This document shows, one piece after another, positions 13,088 to 25,978 of a DNA stretch of 64,000 nucleotides; the stretch's first letter is position 1; the number at the start of each line of letters is the position of its first letter. The translations under genes and the position numbers were made by a program. The notes beneath the pieces are model-generated. The model did not search any database. It was given only the letters and a program-made list of their open reading frames with translations, and was not told the DNA's origin. The DNA is from Blasia pusilla (taxonomy: Eukaryota), in the NCBI GenBank assembly GCA_050084515.1, contig CM114271.1, positions 38,502,001-38,566,000 of the forward strand, written 5' to 3'.

Positions 13088-16000
13088 TCATGAAGAAAAT
13101 TCTTTCCAAGATCCATTGTTATCACCCTCTGAAAGGACCCTGACATCATCTGAGTCGTTCTTAATCCGATCAAAATGATGCAAAACTGCATTTTGCAGTG
13201 ATACCCGTAGTTTCTCACACTGCACAGCAGCATGATTTGGAGACCGAATTTCTGAAAGCTGTCGTAGTAGTCGGTCAACCAGTGTGTAAGGAAACCATAC
13301 GCCGCATGGTTGCTTCCGATTGATCACATCACCTGGCCTTAGCCTTGTGGAAGCTTGTAAGTACTCCAGCAGCAAGTAGGTGGCTTCCACATACCTCTCA
13401 TGATCAAGGTAAATTCGCAGTAGAGCAGCTGGATCTGCCACCCAACTCGAGGCATTCATACCTCTGGAGTCCTTACCCACCTTGAAAGTGTCGATCAGCC
13501 AGAGTGGAAGCTCCATGTCCCTATCCACGGAAAGTATGGTTTGTGCCACTGTAGCTCTAAGATTGGGATGAAACTTCCAATATTTCTCAAGTGAAGACTT
13601 CAGGGCTTGCCAGGCAGTCTTTGCTGCCGCACTCATTGGCAACTTAGGTTGGGGCCTGATCTCTGTACTCAGTTCTTGTGATTGTTCAGCGTTATCATTG
13701 GCAGAATCTGAAGCTAACGTCAATGCCAGCTGAAAGTCTTCTGAGAACTTGATAGGCCTACCTGATCCTAGTTGCTGCTGTAGCATGCAGCACTTCCTTG
13801 CCATCACCTCAAACACCTTCTCCAGCTCTCTCTTCTGTGATGATTCCTTCCAGAAGAGGAAAACAAGAGAAAACGCCATATCATATAGCCCATTCTGGAG
13901 TAACAAGAGCACAACCTCTGATGGTTGCATGTGTGGCCCCAGTGAAGAGTGCTTTACTTCAGCAAACAGAAGATGCAACCTAGCCAGAGTAAAAGCATGT
14001 TCTTTGACTAGCTGCTCAGAATCAAGGGACTTCTTTTCGGTATATGGGGCTGCTCTCCCATCAACTATTTTGCTCTTTGAGAGGTTGTCAGCAGAGACCC
14101 GCCGTCTTTTAGATGGAGACAACCACTCAATTCCACAGCTTACAATCCCATTCGAAGGCTCAACCAACTGCAAAGCATTGATGGCTGCAGCTAAGGCATC
14201 AAGCTCTTCCTGCAAGAGAGAGAGCGCTTGAGATCGAGACTTGGAGAAGCCCTGTTCCCGAATACTGAGGGCATACTGGTACATATATCCTGCAGCTCGG
14301 CCCACATTGTGATGGTGGATATGTAGAGAATATAGGAGCTTGTACAGACTCGCCTTGACACTCATATCCGAGTTCTGTGCCTTGATGAGAAGTTCTTCTT
14401 CAACTCTGCTCAGCAACCCACCATAGGGCAGCTCAGTGCTGCACAAAGCTTGAGAAGCTCTCTGATCACATAGAACAATTATAAACCGTCTGAGGCATAT
14501 ATCCTTGCTCTCTTCATCAGGATTGGAGATAATGGCACAATACGCATTCCCATACAGCTCCAAGTCCAGAGAGAACTTGAAAACATTGGCCCAGAGCCGA
14601 CCCTTGATAGCTGCTCCCACCACTTTCGAGTCCTTCTCAGAATTTTCAATCACAGAGATACCAACTGCTTCATCTACTTGCTCAAGAGCAGCATGTGCGA
14701 ATTGACAGGCACCTTCACTCAGATTGTATTGATCAAACAACTGCATCACCCATTCAAAATACTGGAGCCTCCAAGCCGCTGTTGCTCCATGACCTGGTAA
14801 CTGATGTTGTGGCCCTGTCACAAAGAAGAGAGATTGCAGCACCTTGTTGGCCTCCCCAAGACCTGATGCAGCTCTGAAAAAATATTGGATGGCATCTCCG
14901 ACATGCTTCTCTTTACTAGTCATTTCCAATACTGAGTGTGCCCGGGCAAGACAACAGATACCAAGAAGATGAAGACGTACACTCCATTCACAATTCACAC
15001 TCGCTATCCCTTCCGAAAGCTGCTGTGGTGTAGAAAAGTGTTCTACAGCAGTCAAAAAGCACTCCAGGCTACCATACTGTCCATGTTGGAGGAGAATAGA
15101 TGACAATGTTATTGCCCGTCTTGAGAAAGTGAGAGGGGAAGGATCTGAGCTTTCTCCAACCAGGAGCCAACCAACAAAGCATTTGACATGGTTATGCAAA
15201 GTGTCTGGGTTGGGCAAACAATCCTGCTGAAAGGTCTCCTGCGTTTGAGTTGTCTCAAGGAATGATGCTGCCAATATCTCTGCCAGGGCCAATTCTCCAG
15301 CTCCTAACCTTTCGGACTGAACTTTCTCCCCTCGAGAAACATCGATCTGCAATGAGGACAGCTGCAAGCTGCAATCCTCAGAAGGAGGAACTTCTGCAAA
15401 AGTCACAGTCAACCAATGAAGAAGAAGACTAACTGCCAAGCCTTCCTGCACCTGGGGTAAAATCTGAAGTTGAATTCTGGTAGCCTCACTGGGTGTGAGG
15501 CCAACCTGACCTTGAACCTTCACTAGGTGGCTGAGGAGTAGTAGAAGATCTCGAGCAGCTTCAAAATGAATCCAGGATATTTGCGAGGTCGCTTGAGTGA
15601 AGATCTTGGTGGGCACGCTCCCCAAAGGCACCACCATGGAAGATGCTGCCGGTGTCACTGACTGGGTAGAAAACACTAGATACTGAGCATACTTAGATAC
15701 TACATCCAACACTGCTTCCCAGCTCCCTGCTAAACCTCGCAGAATATGCAAAGACTGAGACATATGCAGTGCAAACTTCCTCTGCTGCTGATGCTGCGCT
15801 TGCATCTTTCCACGGATCTCATCCACACCAAAATCGAGACTCCCTAGGGAGCTGTCCAGTGGGTTGTAGCCTACATCGAGTATCCCTAGAAAAGTCTGAA
15901 CAAGAGTTTGCAGTGGATAGCTCGATGGCCTTAATAGGGCTTCATGGAAAACCCCCAGTGCCACATGACCCAGGCGTCGAGTAATATTCTCTGTACATCG

Positions 16001-17692
16001 CAATAGCGCAGTGATCACAAGGGAATCACCAGGGACCTCGTCCCAGTCTTGGGGAAGAGGCAGACTGAATTCCTCCACAGTGGATGTGATTCCGTTACAT
16101 ACAAGCTGCTCAAGATTGGTGAGTGAGCGAACTACAGAAACTGAATTCCTCCGTATCAATCCCACAGACCCAGTCGATCCATCAGTGAACAGACCGTAAG
16201 CAGTATTACTACGTTTCCAAGACTGCACATAACTGTCAGAGAAACTGATCCACTCATGCAAACTTCGCCTCGCGTTAAGAGGCTGAGCTTTAATGGAGGA
16301 TTTGATTTCCTTCCGTAGCCCATCCAAAGTCAAGGAACTGATCTCGAAGTCGCTGAGGTGTCTGCGTCGCATTTGTAAGACATCCTTGAGGGCAGTGTGT
16401 TGCCGCACACCAGGCTGCAGAAGCCTTCTGAGAAACAAGCTGGGAACTGAATCATCCATCATGTCGGAGGAGCTCAGACCAAGTTGATCGAGAGCAAATA
16501 GAAGGTTATCGCACGGATCTCTTGATCCCTGGAACAGCTGCTCTCCCACCAGAGACTCTTGCAGGCGACAACCTTGGACACTTGAGTCCTCCTCCATACT
16601 TGCCGATAACAATTCCACCTCCCCATTGGCAACTTTTTGGAGCACCCACACTTTGCCCCGGAGTAATTTGCAGCTGAGAACAGCTCCTTGGACAGGCACC
16701 GTTCTTACCAACGACACGTGACTCGGACGGACTCCACCATCGCCTTTAGTGGAGTGCAATGTACAAACAAGGACAGCAGCGGCTTCCACCTTGTCCGTCT
16801 CTGATGGCCCAGCATACCACAGGCCCAACTTGAGATCGTGTCCGACGACATCTGCGTCTTCTGCCCACATCATCTTGGGTGTAGAGCTTGCTAATTCTGG
16901 AGGAGGAGAAATTACTTGATGGAACTGACGATTTCGTTGCAGCAAGTCCCAAACCTTCAAGGCCCCATCTTCGTGGAATGCAATCAATACACTTGCTCCC
17001 GAAACCAATTTAGTGGTGAGGCTTCTCACTGCCGCAGCATTCTTCCCTCTAAAAGAAAATCCCCACAAACGACTCAGCCCACTCTCAACATCCTTGAGCT
17101 CGAAAGGTTGATCTTGGTGACTGCCAGCTTTAGAGCTGATGGGCACACACAAAATGGAACCATTCTGCCCTCCAATGCATAGCAACTCCGGAGTTGCTGC
17201 AAAAGCTGTCACCTTGCGAAGGCCAGCAAGCTCTGCAGCTAAGCTCAGCTCTGATGAGCTTTGGTATAGCATGCCAAACCCACTCCTCGAGGACCTGGCA
17301 ATCCTGAAGCTCACCGTGCATAGGACTCCTGAAGTTGTTATTACCATAGCTTCATAACTAAACCACTGGCTGTTGCCCATCTGCAAGAGTGTAACAGTTG
17401 CGAATGGGCACAGGGGAAATTCGAACGAGAGCCGTAGACCGGTGCTTCGAACCGCCTTGTCACATGACAGCTCCATGAGTTCCAAGGTGTTGGGATGGTC
17501 TTCATGAATCCGCCACACAATGTAAGGAGCTGATCCAGGTGCCTGAGAAACTGCAGTTCTAAAACCCAATCCCCCTACTGCCGTCGGAACGCATTCACTC
17601 AGTGCCCCACACTCTGCAGCAGAATCTGTCTCTGTTCTCACTGGAACCTCTGTCCAAACGGCTGCATCACTGCTCACCACCGCCACCTCCAT
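13088..17692 (-). CDS. NUP160: Nuclear pore complex protein Nup160, single coding exon, about 1534 aa
   Basis: Uninterrupted ORF with plant Nup160 signatures IKGRLWANVFKFSLDL, AYCAIISNPDEESKDICLRRFIIVL, YFEWVMQLF, LPLWL, DPAALLRIYLD and VWFPYT. The first ATG is at 17692 (MEVAV...); the ORF track start at 17704 is a TTG. Confidence 0.95.
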   Translation of the reverse strand: MEVAVVSSDAAVWTEVPVRTETDSAAECGALSECVPTAVGGLGFRTAVSQAPGSAPYIVWRIHEDHPNTLELMELSCDKAVRSTGLRLSFEFPLCPFATVTLLQMGNSQWFSYEAMVITTSGVLCTVSFRIARSSRSGFGMLYQSSSELSLAAELAGLRKVTAFAATPELLCIGGQNGSILCVPISSKAGSHQDQPFELKDVESGLSRLWGFSFRGKNAAAVRSLTTKLVSGASVLIAFHEDGALKVWDLLQRNRQFHQVISPPPELASSTPKMMWAEDADVVGHDLKLGLWYAGPSETDKVEAAAVLVCTLHSTKGDGGVRPSHVSLVRTVPVQGAVLSCKLLRGKVWVLQKVANGEVELLSASMEEDSSVQGCRLQESLVGEQLFQGSRDPCDNLLFALDQLGLSSSDMMDDSVPSLFLRRLLQPGVRQHTALKDVLQMRRRHLSDFEISSLTLDGLRKEIKSSIKAQPLNARRSLHEWISFSDSYVQSWKRSNTAYGLFTDGSTGSVGLIRRNSVSVVRSLTNLEQLVCNGITSTVEEFSLPLPQDWDEVPGDSLVITALLRCTENITRRLGHVALGVFHEALLRPSSYPLQTLVQTFLGILDVGYNPLDSSLGSLDFGVDEIRGKMQAQHQQQRKFALHMSQSLHILRGLAGSWEAVLDVVSKYAQYLVFSTQSVTPAASSMVVPLGSVPTKIFTQATSQISWIHFEAARDLLLLLSHLVKVQGQVGLTPSEATRIQLQILPQVQEGLAVSLLLHWLTVTFAEVPPSEDCSLQLSSLQIDVSRGEKVQSERLGAGELALAEILAASFLETTQTQETFQQDCLPNPDTLHNHVKCFVGWLLVGESSDPSPLTFSRRAITLSSILLQHGQYGSLECFLTAVEHFSTPQQLSEGIASVNCEWSVRLHLLGICCLARAHSVLEMTSKEKHVGDAIQYFFRAASGLGEANKVLQSLFFVTGPQHQLPGHGATAAWRLQYFEWVMQLFDQYNLSEGACQFAHAALEQVDEAVGISVIENSEKDSKVVGAAIKGRLWANVFKFSLDLELYGNAYCAIISNPDEESKDICLRRFIIVLCDQRASQALCSTELPYGGLLSRVEEELLIKAQNSDMSVKASLYKLLYSLHIHHHNVGRAAGYMYQYALSIREQGFSKSRSQALSLLQEELDALAAAINALQLVEPSNGIVSCGIEWLSPSKRRRVSADNLSKSKIVDGRAAPYTEKKSLDSEQLVKEHAFTLARLHLLFAEVKHSSLGPHMQPSEVVLLLLQNGLYDMAFSLVFLFWKESSQKRELEKVFEVMARKCCMLQQQLGSGRPIKFSEDFQLALTLASDSANDNAEQSQELSTEIRPQPKLPMSAAAKTAWQALKSSLEKYWKFHPNLRATVAQTILSVDRDMELPLWLIDTFKVGKDSRGMNASSWVADPAALLRIYLDHERYVEATYLLLEYLQASTRLRPGDVINRKQPCGVWFPYTLVDRLLRQLSEIRSPNHAAVQCEKLRVSLQNAVLHHFDRIKNDSDDVRVLSEGDNNGSWKEFSS

Positions 17693-17730
17693 TTTCCTCC
17701 ACAATCAATTCCACATTCACCAGACGTCCG

Positions 17731-18256
17731 CTGCAAAAAGTCCAAACCCCACACCCCAAAGAAACATCTCGTCACATTCGCACTCGCACCTTTCGCCTCT
17801 TTCACCACGTCAGACCTATGAAAGACCTCTACGACAAAACTCCTTCTCTTGCACTCCGCCGATCCACACCTTCAGATTAGACGTCAACAAACTAGAGATT
17901 ACTCCCCTACTGCAGTTTTTCCTCCTGAACCAGAGGCCATGCTTAGTGCTGCGCTTGTATTGAGGACAGCAGCACCCTACTTCCAGCGATCCCGGCACAC
18001 CCCACACTTCTCAAACATGGAAGAAGCTCCACAAGAATGGGTGGCTTCCGTGTACTGCTCCTGCCGCTCCTACTCCTCCCAGGTTTTGAACTGCTGACAA
18101 GTTGACAGCAACCCCAAAACTCTGATTCCAACGCAACTCCACCACCAATGGCAGCCCTCTCTCTCTCCTCCTCAATTTCCTCGCGTACTTGCGAAGCATA
18201 CACAGACACACCAAACGCCGTTCTCCAAATTTCCTGATCCTCTATCAGTAGATTAC
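17731..18256 (-). other. Predicted 5'-UTR intron of NUP160
   Basis: Donor AAG|GTAATC at 18256 and acceptor TTTTTGCAG at 17731, about 40 nt upstream of the ATG. Inferred from splice signals only. Confidence 0.55.
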
Positions 18257-18699
18257 CTTTCCACCCAAACCCACTGCTCCCACACCGCTCGAGCGCCCAT
18301 TCTTAACTCTAGCTCCAATTCCTCGCCTTCTCCTCCTCCTGCTCCCATTGACTGGGACGAATCGCTCTATGCTCAGCTCCACTCCGAGAGCGAGGAGCAG
18401 AGGGGGCACGACTCGTAGAACCCTAGAAATCTCGTTGTTGGCTCGCAGATGCGAGTTCTCTAGGCCTTCCCGCCTCTTCTCTAGACCCAGACCCACCTTT
18501 GCTTTCAAACCTGCCTCTACCCCTACCTGCCTCTACTGCCTGCCTGCCAAATACAGTAAACCCTAGAGACTACTTTCAGCTGCATCCCATTTGCTGCTGC
18601 ACAATCGGATCTACGAGAGACAGCGATCCTGTGTATTGGGCACTCTTGAAAACTCTCGAGAGTCGCCAATCTGAGCTCAGCTTAGCTTAGCCCAGCCCA

Positions 18700-19391
18700 T
18701 TCCGATCGGTGCTATTTGACCGCCAGAGAAACTGGGAGAACTCTGAGAAGTGGAGTAGAGGAGGAGATGGCGTTTAGGACTGCAGCTGACTTGGGTTTTT
18801 GTTCTACTCCTTGTTTTCTGTGAGAGTTGGTGGCTGGGCTGGACTGGACTGGACTGGACTTCATATCAGCGGTTAAGGGAGACAAAAGAAGACTTCAACA
18901 GAAGGAAATGGGGAACCCATCCCAAGTAGACTAATTAGAAAACCTCAATAGAAAGCGGGTGAGGGAAACGCCATCCGCAATAAAAAAACGGGGGACTGAA
19001 GAGTTGAGTACGTGAAGGCCACAAGTAGAAGGGGGAGGGCTTCTCCGACCCCTTGTTTTCTTGAGTGTTGGCGGCTGGGCTGGGATTGACAGGATAAATT
19101 AGGGGAGAGGACGGGTAAGGAGTACGAAGCTGTTGGGCTGCCGTTGTCCCGAATGTGAGTCGTGGGTCGTGCAACGGTCGGGAGTACTTTCTGTCTGTCA
19201 GTATGTGAAGTCTGCCCCCCATTAGTTCATTTTGGAGAAAGCAGACCGGCGCCTCGGGGAACTTTTTGGAGCAGAAAGACTCTGGACTAAGGGTTTACGG
19301 TTGGTAGAGAGGGAGAGAGGAGAGTAGAAGTGCCGCACAAACCTCTAGAAAGGTGGAAAGTTAACTTAGTACTCGCGAGCCTCCTCGCACA
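18700..19391. promoter_or_regulatory. Probable divergent promoter region shared by NUP160 and PAC1
   Basis: The genes are head-to-head with ATGs 1.7 kb apart. GA/CT-rich leader-like tracts and a (GGACT)n run at ~18840-18860 are present. Start sites cannot be determined. Confidence 0.45.
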
Positions 19392-22300
19392 ATGGCGGGC
19401 ATGCGAGATCCGCTGACGGAAGAGCCTCCCCCATCGCGGTTCGATCCGGATGAGCTCGACGGTTTTGCTCCACCTGCAGCTGCTGCGCTCACGCCGCCCA
19501 TTCTAGAGGTTAGGATCGAGTCCTTGGTTGTATTTTCATGAAGGGTATGTCATATTGAAGTGTGATTTCTCAGCTTCTTGATGGAGCTCAGAGTCTAGGG
19601 AATGAGCCCAGCACTTCTATCTCTCCCTGCTCAGCGAGTCTCTGAAGCTATGGCGTGCGGGCTGTCATGGGGAGGAGAGAATCGACGGCGAGCAGATTAG
19701 GATTCAAGAATTGCGTTTAGATTCACCATGGGCGGAGTCTTTGACTTTGAGTTCACACGGAAAATCTATCAGAGCTTGAGACCCACGGACAGGCTCATAA
19801 TGCTCAGTGTTGGCAAATTGGAAGTCCAACTCTTCATGTTTGTCCAATTGTTTTAGTCGTGATAAACGGCGACGTCTGTGCATCGAACAGTGTGAAGCAG
19901 ATAGACCACTGCGCGTATCGTCTCATGCGCTTAACTCAGCATCCAATACATGCAGATTTGTGTTCATTAATTGGAAGTTTTCTCTGTAGCTGTCCCGTGG
20001 CTACAGGCCCTTAGGGACTTCGACGTGACTCAAAGCTGATTGAAGACAGCATTAAGCTCTTTCCAGATCCGAGTGAAGTGTTCTTGCCGATGCCGAGGAG
20101 AAAAGATGTGGGTGATGAGCTGGTTGCAGTTACTAGTAGAGTATATATCTGATGCACTAGTCTGCGCAGGTGTTTGTGAAGCCAGGGAGGCTAAGGAGCT
20201 GACTAAGCAATGATGATGCGTGGTGTGCTGATGGCAGTGGTCCACCTCAGCTGAAGCGCATCTGCAGTCTGGCAAGCTCCAACCGAAGCTGTTGATTGTA
20301 GCACTTTCTAGAGTGGGCATTCATCTCGTGCATCACCTTCCAAACAAGACGCCGATTGGTTCCATTACACTTCCAGGAATTTCTATGGTAAGTCCTGCAG
20401 CTCAGCAGTTTTGATCCTTTCGTCTCTCCTACCCCTTCGTTCTCTAGGGCAGTTCTCTCTCATTATTGTTCATAGGATGGGGTCTACGGTCACAAGCCTA
20501 GACAAGGTGGTTACAGGATATACTAAATGAGGACTTAACTAGTGTCCATAACTAGGGCATGAATGAAGAGATTTATTGTCGACGGGGAACCCAGGGGCCC
20601 GCGGGAATTTGCTTTGCGAATTGTACAGCAGTTGCACAATAGATAACGGTACCACAAAGGCCCTCAGAGGTCCTTTGTGTCACGTGCTACTCTCTAGCTT
20701 TCACCCTACTTTGCAGGAACTTCGCAATCTGAAGCTGGTACTGCCCAGCCATTAAATCTGAGACCGAGAGAACAAGGTTGTTTGTGCTGATCCCAATTGA
20801 TAGACACCTTTGCTGAGCAGTTGCCCAGATAGCTCCTGGTTGGTGGTTGTTGACAAGAGATGGATTGAAACGCCCCCATTTTCGTAGCCATTAGCCAGAG
20901 TCATAGTACTACGTTTTTGCCCCAGCAGCACTTTACTCAGAAAGGCTTCTAAAGCTCTTGCAGAGAGGCAATGGGGGTCATCTTCACTGATATCTTGAGG
21001 GCGTTGGATGAATTTGATCATATTCCTTACAAATGAATCTCAATTGTCACCTCACCAAACTCAGCCAAGAGTAGTTTGGGTGAGTTGTTCTTCGAATACC
21101 CAGCACTGTCACATGAAGAGCTTCTGAGAAACCTCTATTCCCCAGGGCCATTGACACCCGGGGCCCTGGGGAATAGAGGTTTCTCAGAAGCTCTTCAAGT
21201 CATTCATTCACTGACCCTGAAAAAGATCCTAAGACCTTCTCCTGGCTACAGCGCGTCTAGAGCACTTGAGCGATAAATAATGACGTCCCTAATATAACAA
21301 CCTAAATCATAAGGCACTAGCTGTAGTACGACCTCGTACCATTCTAGTTAAGTTTGTTGATCAAACTCAACGTGATACTTCCATGGCTAACAAGGCCATT
21401 TTCAAATGACGGAGGATATGGTTGGACTCAGATCCACACACCGCAAGTTCGCAACTAACCGAATTGCTCAAAAATAATTCGGTTAGTTGCGAACTTCAGA
21501 GGCACAGCTTTTATGGTATATGCCACAGTTTGAATCCAGCAAGTGCAGACATTAGTCTGCGCATGTTGGAGCACCTGACACGAACCACTCCAGTTGAAGC
21601 ATAGTCAATGCAGATCAGGAAATTGTAGCCAAAGGTTATAACATCCTGCATTGTCTTTGCTACAACTGCCATTAGTTCTCCACTGGTTGTTGGGTTTGAG
21701 CCATCACACCAAGGTATCGGCCCACAATCTCTATAGCCTCCTTTCTTGGCCCCGGCCGTAGATGAAGGGTGTAATTGCTTGGAGCTGGGATCCAAAGATA
21801 ATTATCTTGGCTTTCTGCAGATTGACCTCCATCCCTGATTTTTGCAGAGGCTCTAGAGTGCACTCAGATTGTGGAGCCCCTAAAAGCAAACCCTAAGATG
21901 TCTCTAGGAAAGGGGGCTGATGAACCAATTTCCCGAAAATGCTAGTTACATAACCCTTAGATGCCTGATGTGACTTATTCCAAAGTGAAGAGGTCTGGTA
22001 GGTCCTCCCCATCCGGCCAAGGCTTGGTTGGAGTGGCGGTATCCAGGTTGTGGAGATTGGTGGCCTTAAATTGTCTAGATCCAGGAAAGGGATGTTTGGT
22101 TTATTCCTGAATATTCTCCAGAAATTGCCTGAGTAGTGCTTTCATCTGCTCTGCAACCTTTATTATCTTGTTAGCAGTGTACTCGCGTTTCTTCCTGCAT
22201 TCAAGTAGTTTACGAGCGTCCTGCAACAGTCTAGTGTGTGTAGAATGTGGTTCTACCCTCTAGGAGTGATTGACTTCTTTTTTCTGAGGGAAAGTGTGCT

Positions 22301-24564
22301 GGCATTTCATGGGTGATTCTTGGGATGAATATCTCGAAGTAGATTGGTTCATTGTCAGATTACAGGACAAGTGTGATAAGTAATAGTGACCTTGGTAACC
22401 AGAGCTGTTAGTTATGTACTACCCCAATCAGGGAGTCAGTCCACGACTGATGAGGAGGTTTCTGTGTTGGAGCTAGAGTGTCCAGTCAACCTTCTGAATG
22501 TGTCCACATCAAAATGTCAGTGTGAGATAATTTGTTGAGCTGAGTCGCAAGAGTGTCTCACCATTAGCTGTCTTCTCTGTGTCCTCAGATGTGTGTCGGA
22601 GGTGTGGGAAGAATTGGGCTTCATGATTCAGCTCCTCCATCTTGGTAGTGTTTCACATGTAAATTGGAGCTAAATTTCTGGCCATTCACCAGCTGAAATC
22701 TCCTGCTAAGAGGATGTCCCCTTGTTGATGTATTAATAAACGTTACCTAACCTCATAAGGGAATTTCCTTCTGAGTGCATGGGGATTGAAAGAGCCGATG
22801 GCTATGAAGAGCTTTTTAGTTGGTCCTAAGTCCTCTGACATCTTGATCCAGAAGAATTTATTTTTCTTCATCAATGTTGGCTTTGGAGACAAGTGGTTGT
22901 AACCATGGTGCTACCAGGCATGCCAGACCTCCATGCAACTGGCCATTGCTGTTTGTGAGCTTGTCACAAGTATCTAAAATTTTAGACTCCTGGGTATGGG
23001 GAATGCTATTGGAATTACATGTGGTTGTTTCAGCAGAAAAATGTCAGGTCTTTGTGCCCCAAGTATGTGAAGGCATTACCGCCAGATCTCACTGTGTGAC
23101 CAGCTGGGTTGGTAAATTGGTCCTACCCATCTTTAAAGGTTTCTAGTAGAGCCCCTCTCTTCTTGAAGTCTTCACCTAATGAAACTAGAATATGTCAGTC
23201 TGTTCTTGTGATTTTGAGCTCTCATTACTAGTTGAAATCTTATTAGCTCTGGGGGTTCTCATCTTTGAACTACATATTATCCTGTCACTGTTTTGTCAAC
23301 TTTTTTCTTGACATTTTCAGTTATTCAGCTACGTGATGGGGTAGTCTGGTGCAAGGTAACTTTGAAGAAGTGCAAGTCACCTGACGATGCTGTCCATGGC
23401 CTAATTTATGCTGTGCATGGCCTAATTTATGGACTGCAGGTGAAGAAAGCAGAGGATCCGAGTCCAGAGGACAGAATTTCCTGCATTTTTTCTTGTAATT
23501 CAAACCTATCAATTTTGCTGGTCTCTGTTCAATACCGAGTACCTGCAGAAGGAGCCAATGTATGGGCAAAGGTTCTTTTTCAGACAATCCAGCCAGACAG
23601 GTAATCACCTTTGGGTTTTTCCTACTGAACTTTGAATACAGTGATCTGTTTTGCGGTCACATTTTGCACCTTCAATTTTATAACACTGCAGAAATAGAGC
23701 ATGAGGCATTGATTGAAGTCATAGTTCACCTGTGGTAAGAAAGCCTTCGAACTGACTGTTGAGTATTCATCATACAGAAAGCTCTTGCAAACTCTCATTG
23801 CTTATCACTAGGTTGTTAGTTTATCATCCTTCTGATTCTCTGAAGTGGTTCATTTAGCACAAGGACTTACCTTTTTCTGAATTGGAATGCATACTGGGAC
23901 AGATTCTGACCAGCTTGTCTTCTGCCGGCTTTCTTAGAGTCCTTGTGTTGGAGCATACACCAATCCATCACTTCAGGGGCAAGCTGTCAGTGGATGAACC
24001 TTCACTTTTTGTCCTGGAAACTGATGAACAAAAGGTAAGCATTCTCTCCAGCATTCACAAATCTAAGTAGTAACACATCCTGATTACTATTAAAGTGGGC
24101 ATGCCTAAACAGTATCCTGACAGTGCTGGCTGGACTCCTCTGCAGCTGGAGGATAAGGACCATCAACCTGTTGCCTCCTATTTCCCTACTGGAAGCTTGG
24201 TGGATGGTTTAGCAGCGGCTCTCTTAACCCATGTAAGATTTGGATTTCAATTTACTATTGGAAAGAGAAAATCGATCTTTGTCGGTTTTTCACAAATCAT
24301 GAATCTACACAACTACAGAATTTCTCAATGTTCGATCTGATTAGGCTGCTGTTTGTGTGAAATTGGCAGTGTCAATTAAGGGGGCTGAAAGGGCATCTTC
24401 TTCTGACATGGCCAGCAGAGGATACTTCAATGGTAAAGATGCTGGTTGCAACCCTTTCAAAACTGCTTAGTGTGATTCCAGAGGGGCCAGATTTGAATTT
24501 CCAAGAAGCAGGAAAACTTATTCTGGGCAAGAAGCGCCAGGCCATCAGTGAAATGTATACATGA
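19392..24564 (+). CDS. PSMG1: Proteasome assembly chaperone 1 (PAC1/PSMG1), 6 exons, 268 aa
   Basis: Exons 19392-19508, 20238-20387, 23440-23600, 23938-24034, 24146-24232 and 24370-24564, all GT-AG with consistent phases. Protein motifs DPLTEEPPPSRF, LLVSVQ, FRGKLSVDE, YFPTGSLVDGLAAALL, CQLRG and C-terminal MYT (HbYX) match plant PAC1. Confidence 0.92.
20700..23150 (-). mobile_element. Decayed LINE (non-LTR) sequence in PAC1 intron 2, antisense to the gene
   Basis: Minus-strand remnants in LINE ORF2 order: ILLAGDFS (~22695-22720, like APE GDFN), SVVD (~22435-22450), KPWPDG (~22010-22028, like KSPGPDG), RYLGV (~21700-21720), KVSINWD (~20790-20812). Confidence 0.55.
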
Positions 24565-25978
24565 ACCTAGTATCTACCAATCTTTGAGGTTCCAGCAAGA
24601 ATCATGTAATAGCAAAAAAAAAAACAACCAAAAATTCGGATGACAAGTTTGGTAAGATAACAATGTGGTCATCCATCATGGAAAGGATGCCCCAAAGTAC
24701 TGCAGCCTTAACTAGGTGTCCGATGGTGAAACAAGTTTTTCTCTTGGGCTCAGCTACCGTACCTCGGCACATGTCAATGAATTCATACTCTAGCCTCAGA
24801 CGTTGCATCTTTGAATGGAATGTATGTGGAGTGGCCTGTGCCATAGCTGTTGCTTGTGACCCCAAAGACAACCCTATCTTTCATCTTATAACTGTGTATG
24901 CATACTTTCTTTCGGATGTCACGTGAATGGATGGCCTGCCCTATGTGGAACTTCTTTGGTGACCTCTTCTGGTAACTTTGAATGCATGAATGATGCAAAT
25001 ACCAAAAGGAAACACTGTAGGGAGAAACATTACTATTGTGGGTAGTGTTTGCAGATGACAAGTGAAACCAGAAAGCACTTGCATGTTGTGGCTTCTCTAG
25101 CAAGTGCTTGTCCAGAGTGATAGTCTTATCCACTGTCCTGTCCAATTTTTCATGATTGGAAAGAACCTTATCTGCAAACATGTACATCAGGGTCCTGGTA
25201 GTTTTTTAGCGAGTACGGGTACATTTCTGCTCTCTACAGGCAGTGATATTTTCTTGAATCCGGCTGGCTAAAAAGATACAAATACCAAGGAGAACTCCTG
25301 TACTCTGTTGGTTTTTTGCAAGGTGATTTGCAGCATGACACAAAGAGACCAACAGTGGACAAACAGATATTTCACTGTCAATATCTGTCCATTGGTTCAA
25401 AGAGCGAAAGCTGTGTCTGATTACACTGAAAGGAGATTCTAAATCACAATAAAGATCCGGGACACCTTGGGGATGTTGATGATGTTGGGACAACATGGTT
25501 GCCTGGAGATTGTTCATGTGTAACCAAACTAACTAACCAGCCTGACGTTCAACTTCATCCTCAAAGTCTCCAATTGATTGAACACTACCTGAAAACTCCA
25601 TCCAAGTCTAAATCAGCCGAAATACTGATGGACTTTATAAACTTTCCGCCCAAAAAAATGTACATGTGATCAAGCTGTGAGACATCTGACACCTGATAAT
25701 TCAATTTTTGCTTCTAACTACTGTTCTTCAAGCAATCCACGGCTGCAGCTTGCAATCTCAGAACTTTCAGACAGTTACAAAGTGGAATTTGATTCTGGTA
25801 TTGCTTGCTGCTACGCTGAGGCAACTCCATCCCCGTTTGGCAGTTCACAAACTGTGGGCCTGCCCAACTTCTTTCTGACATAGCAGTACTCTCTCTCCAT
25901 TGTGATTTATTCCCGTTCCGCTCGCTTGCACCCCATTATATCATACCATCCACATTTGGGGAAAAAAATTGTGGCAGC

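Noticed and set aside
13749-17357. Several + strand ORFs of 60-160 aa
   Set aside because: They are antisense shadows of the Nup160 CDS with no recognisable motifs.
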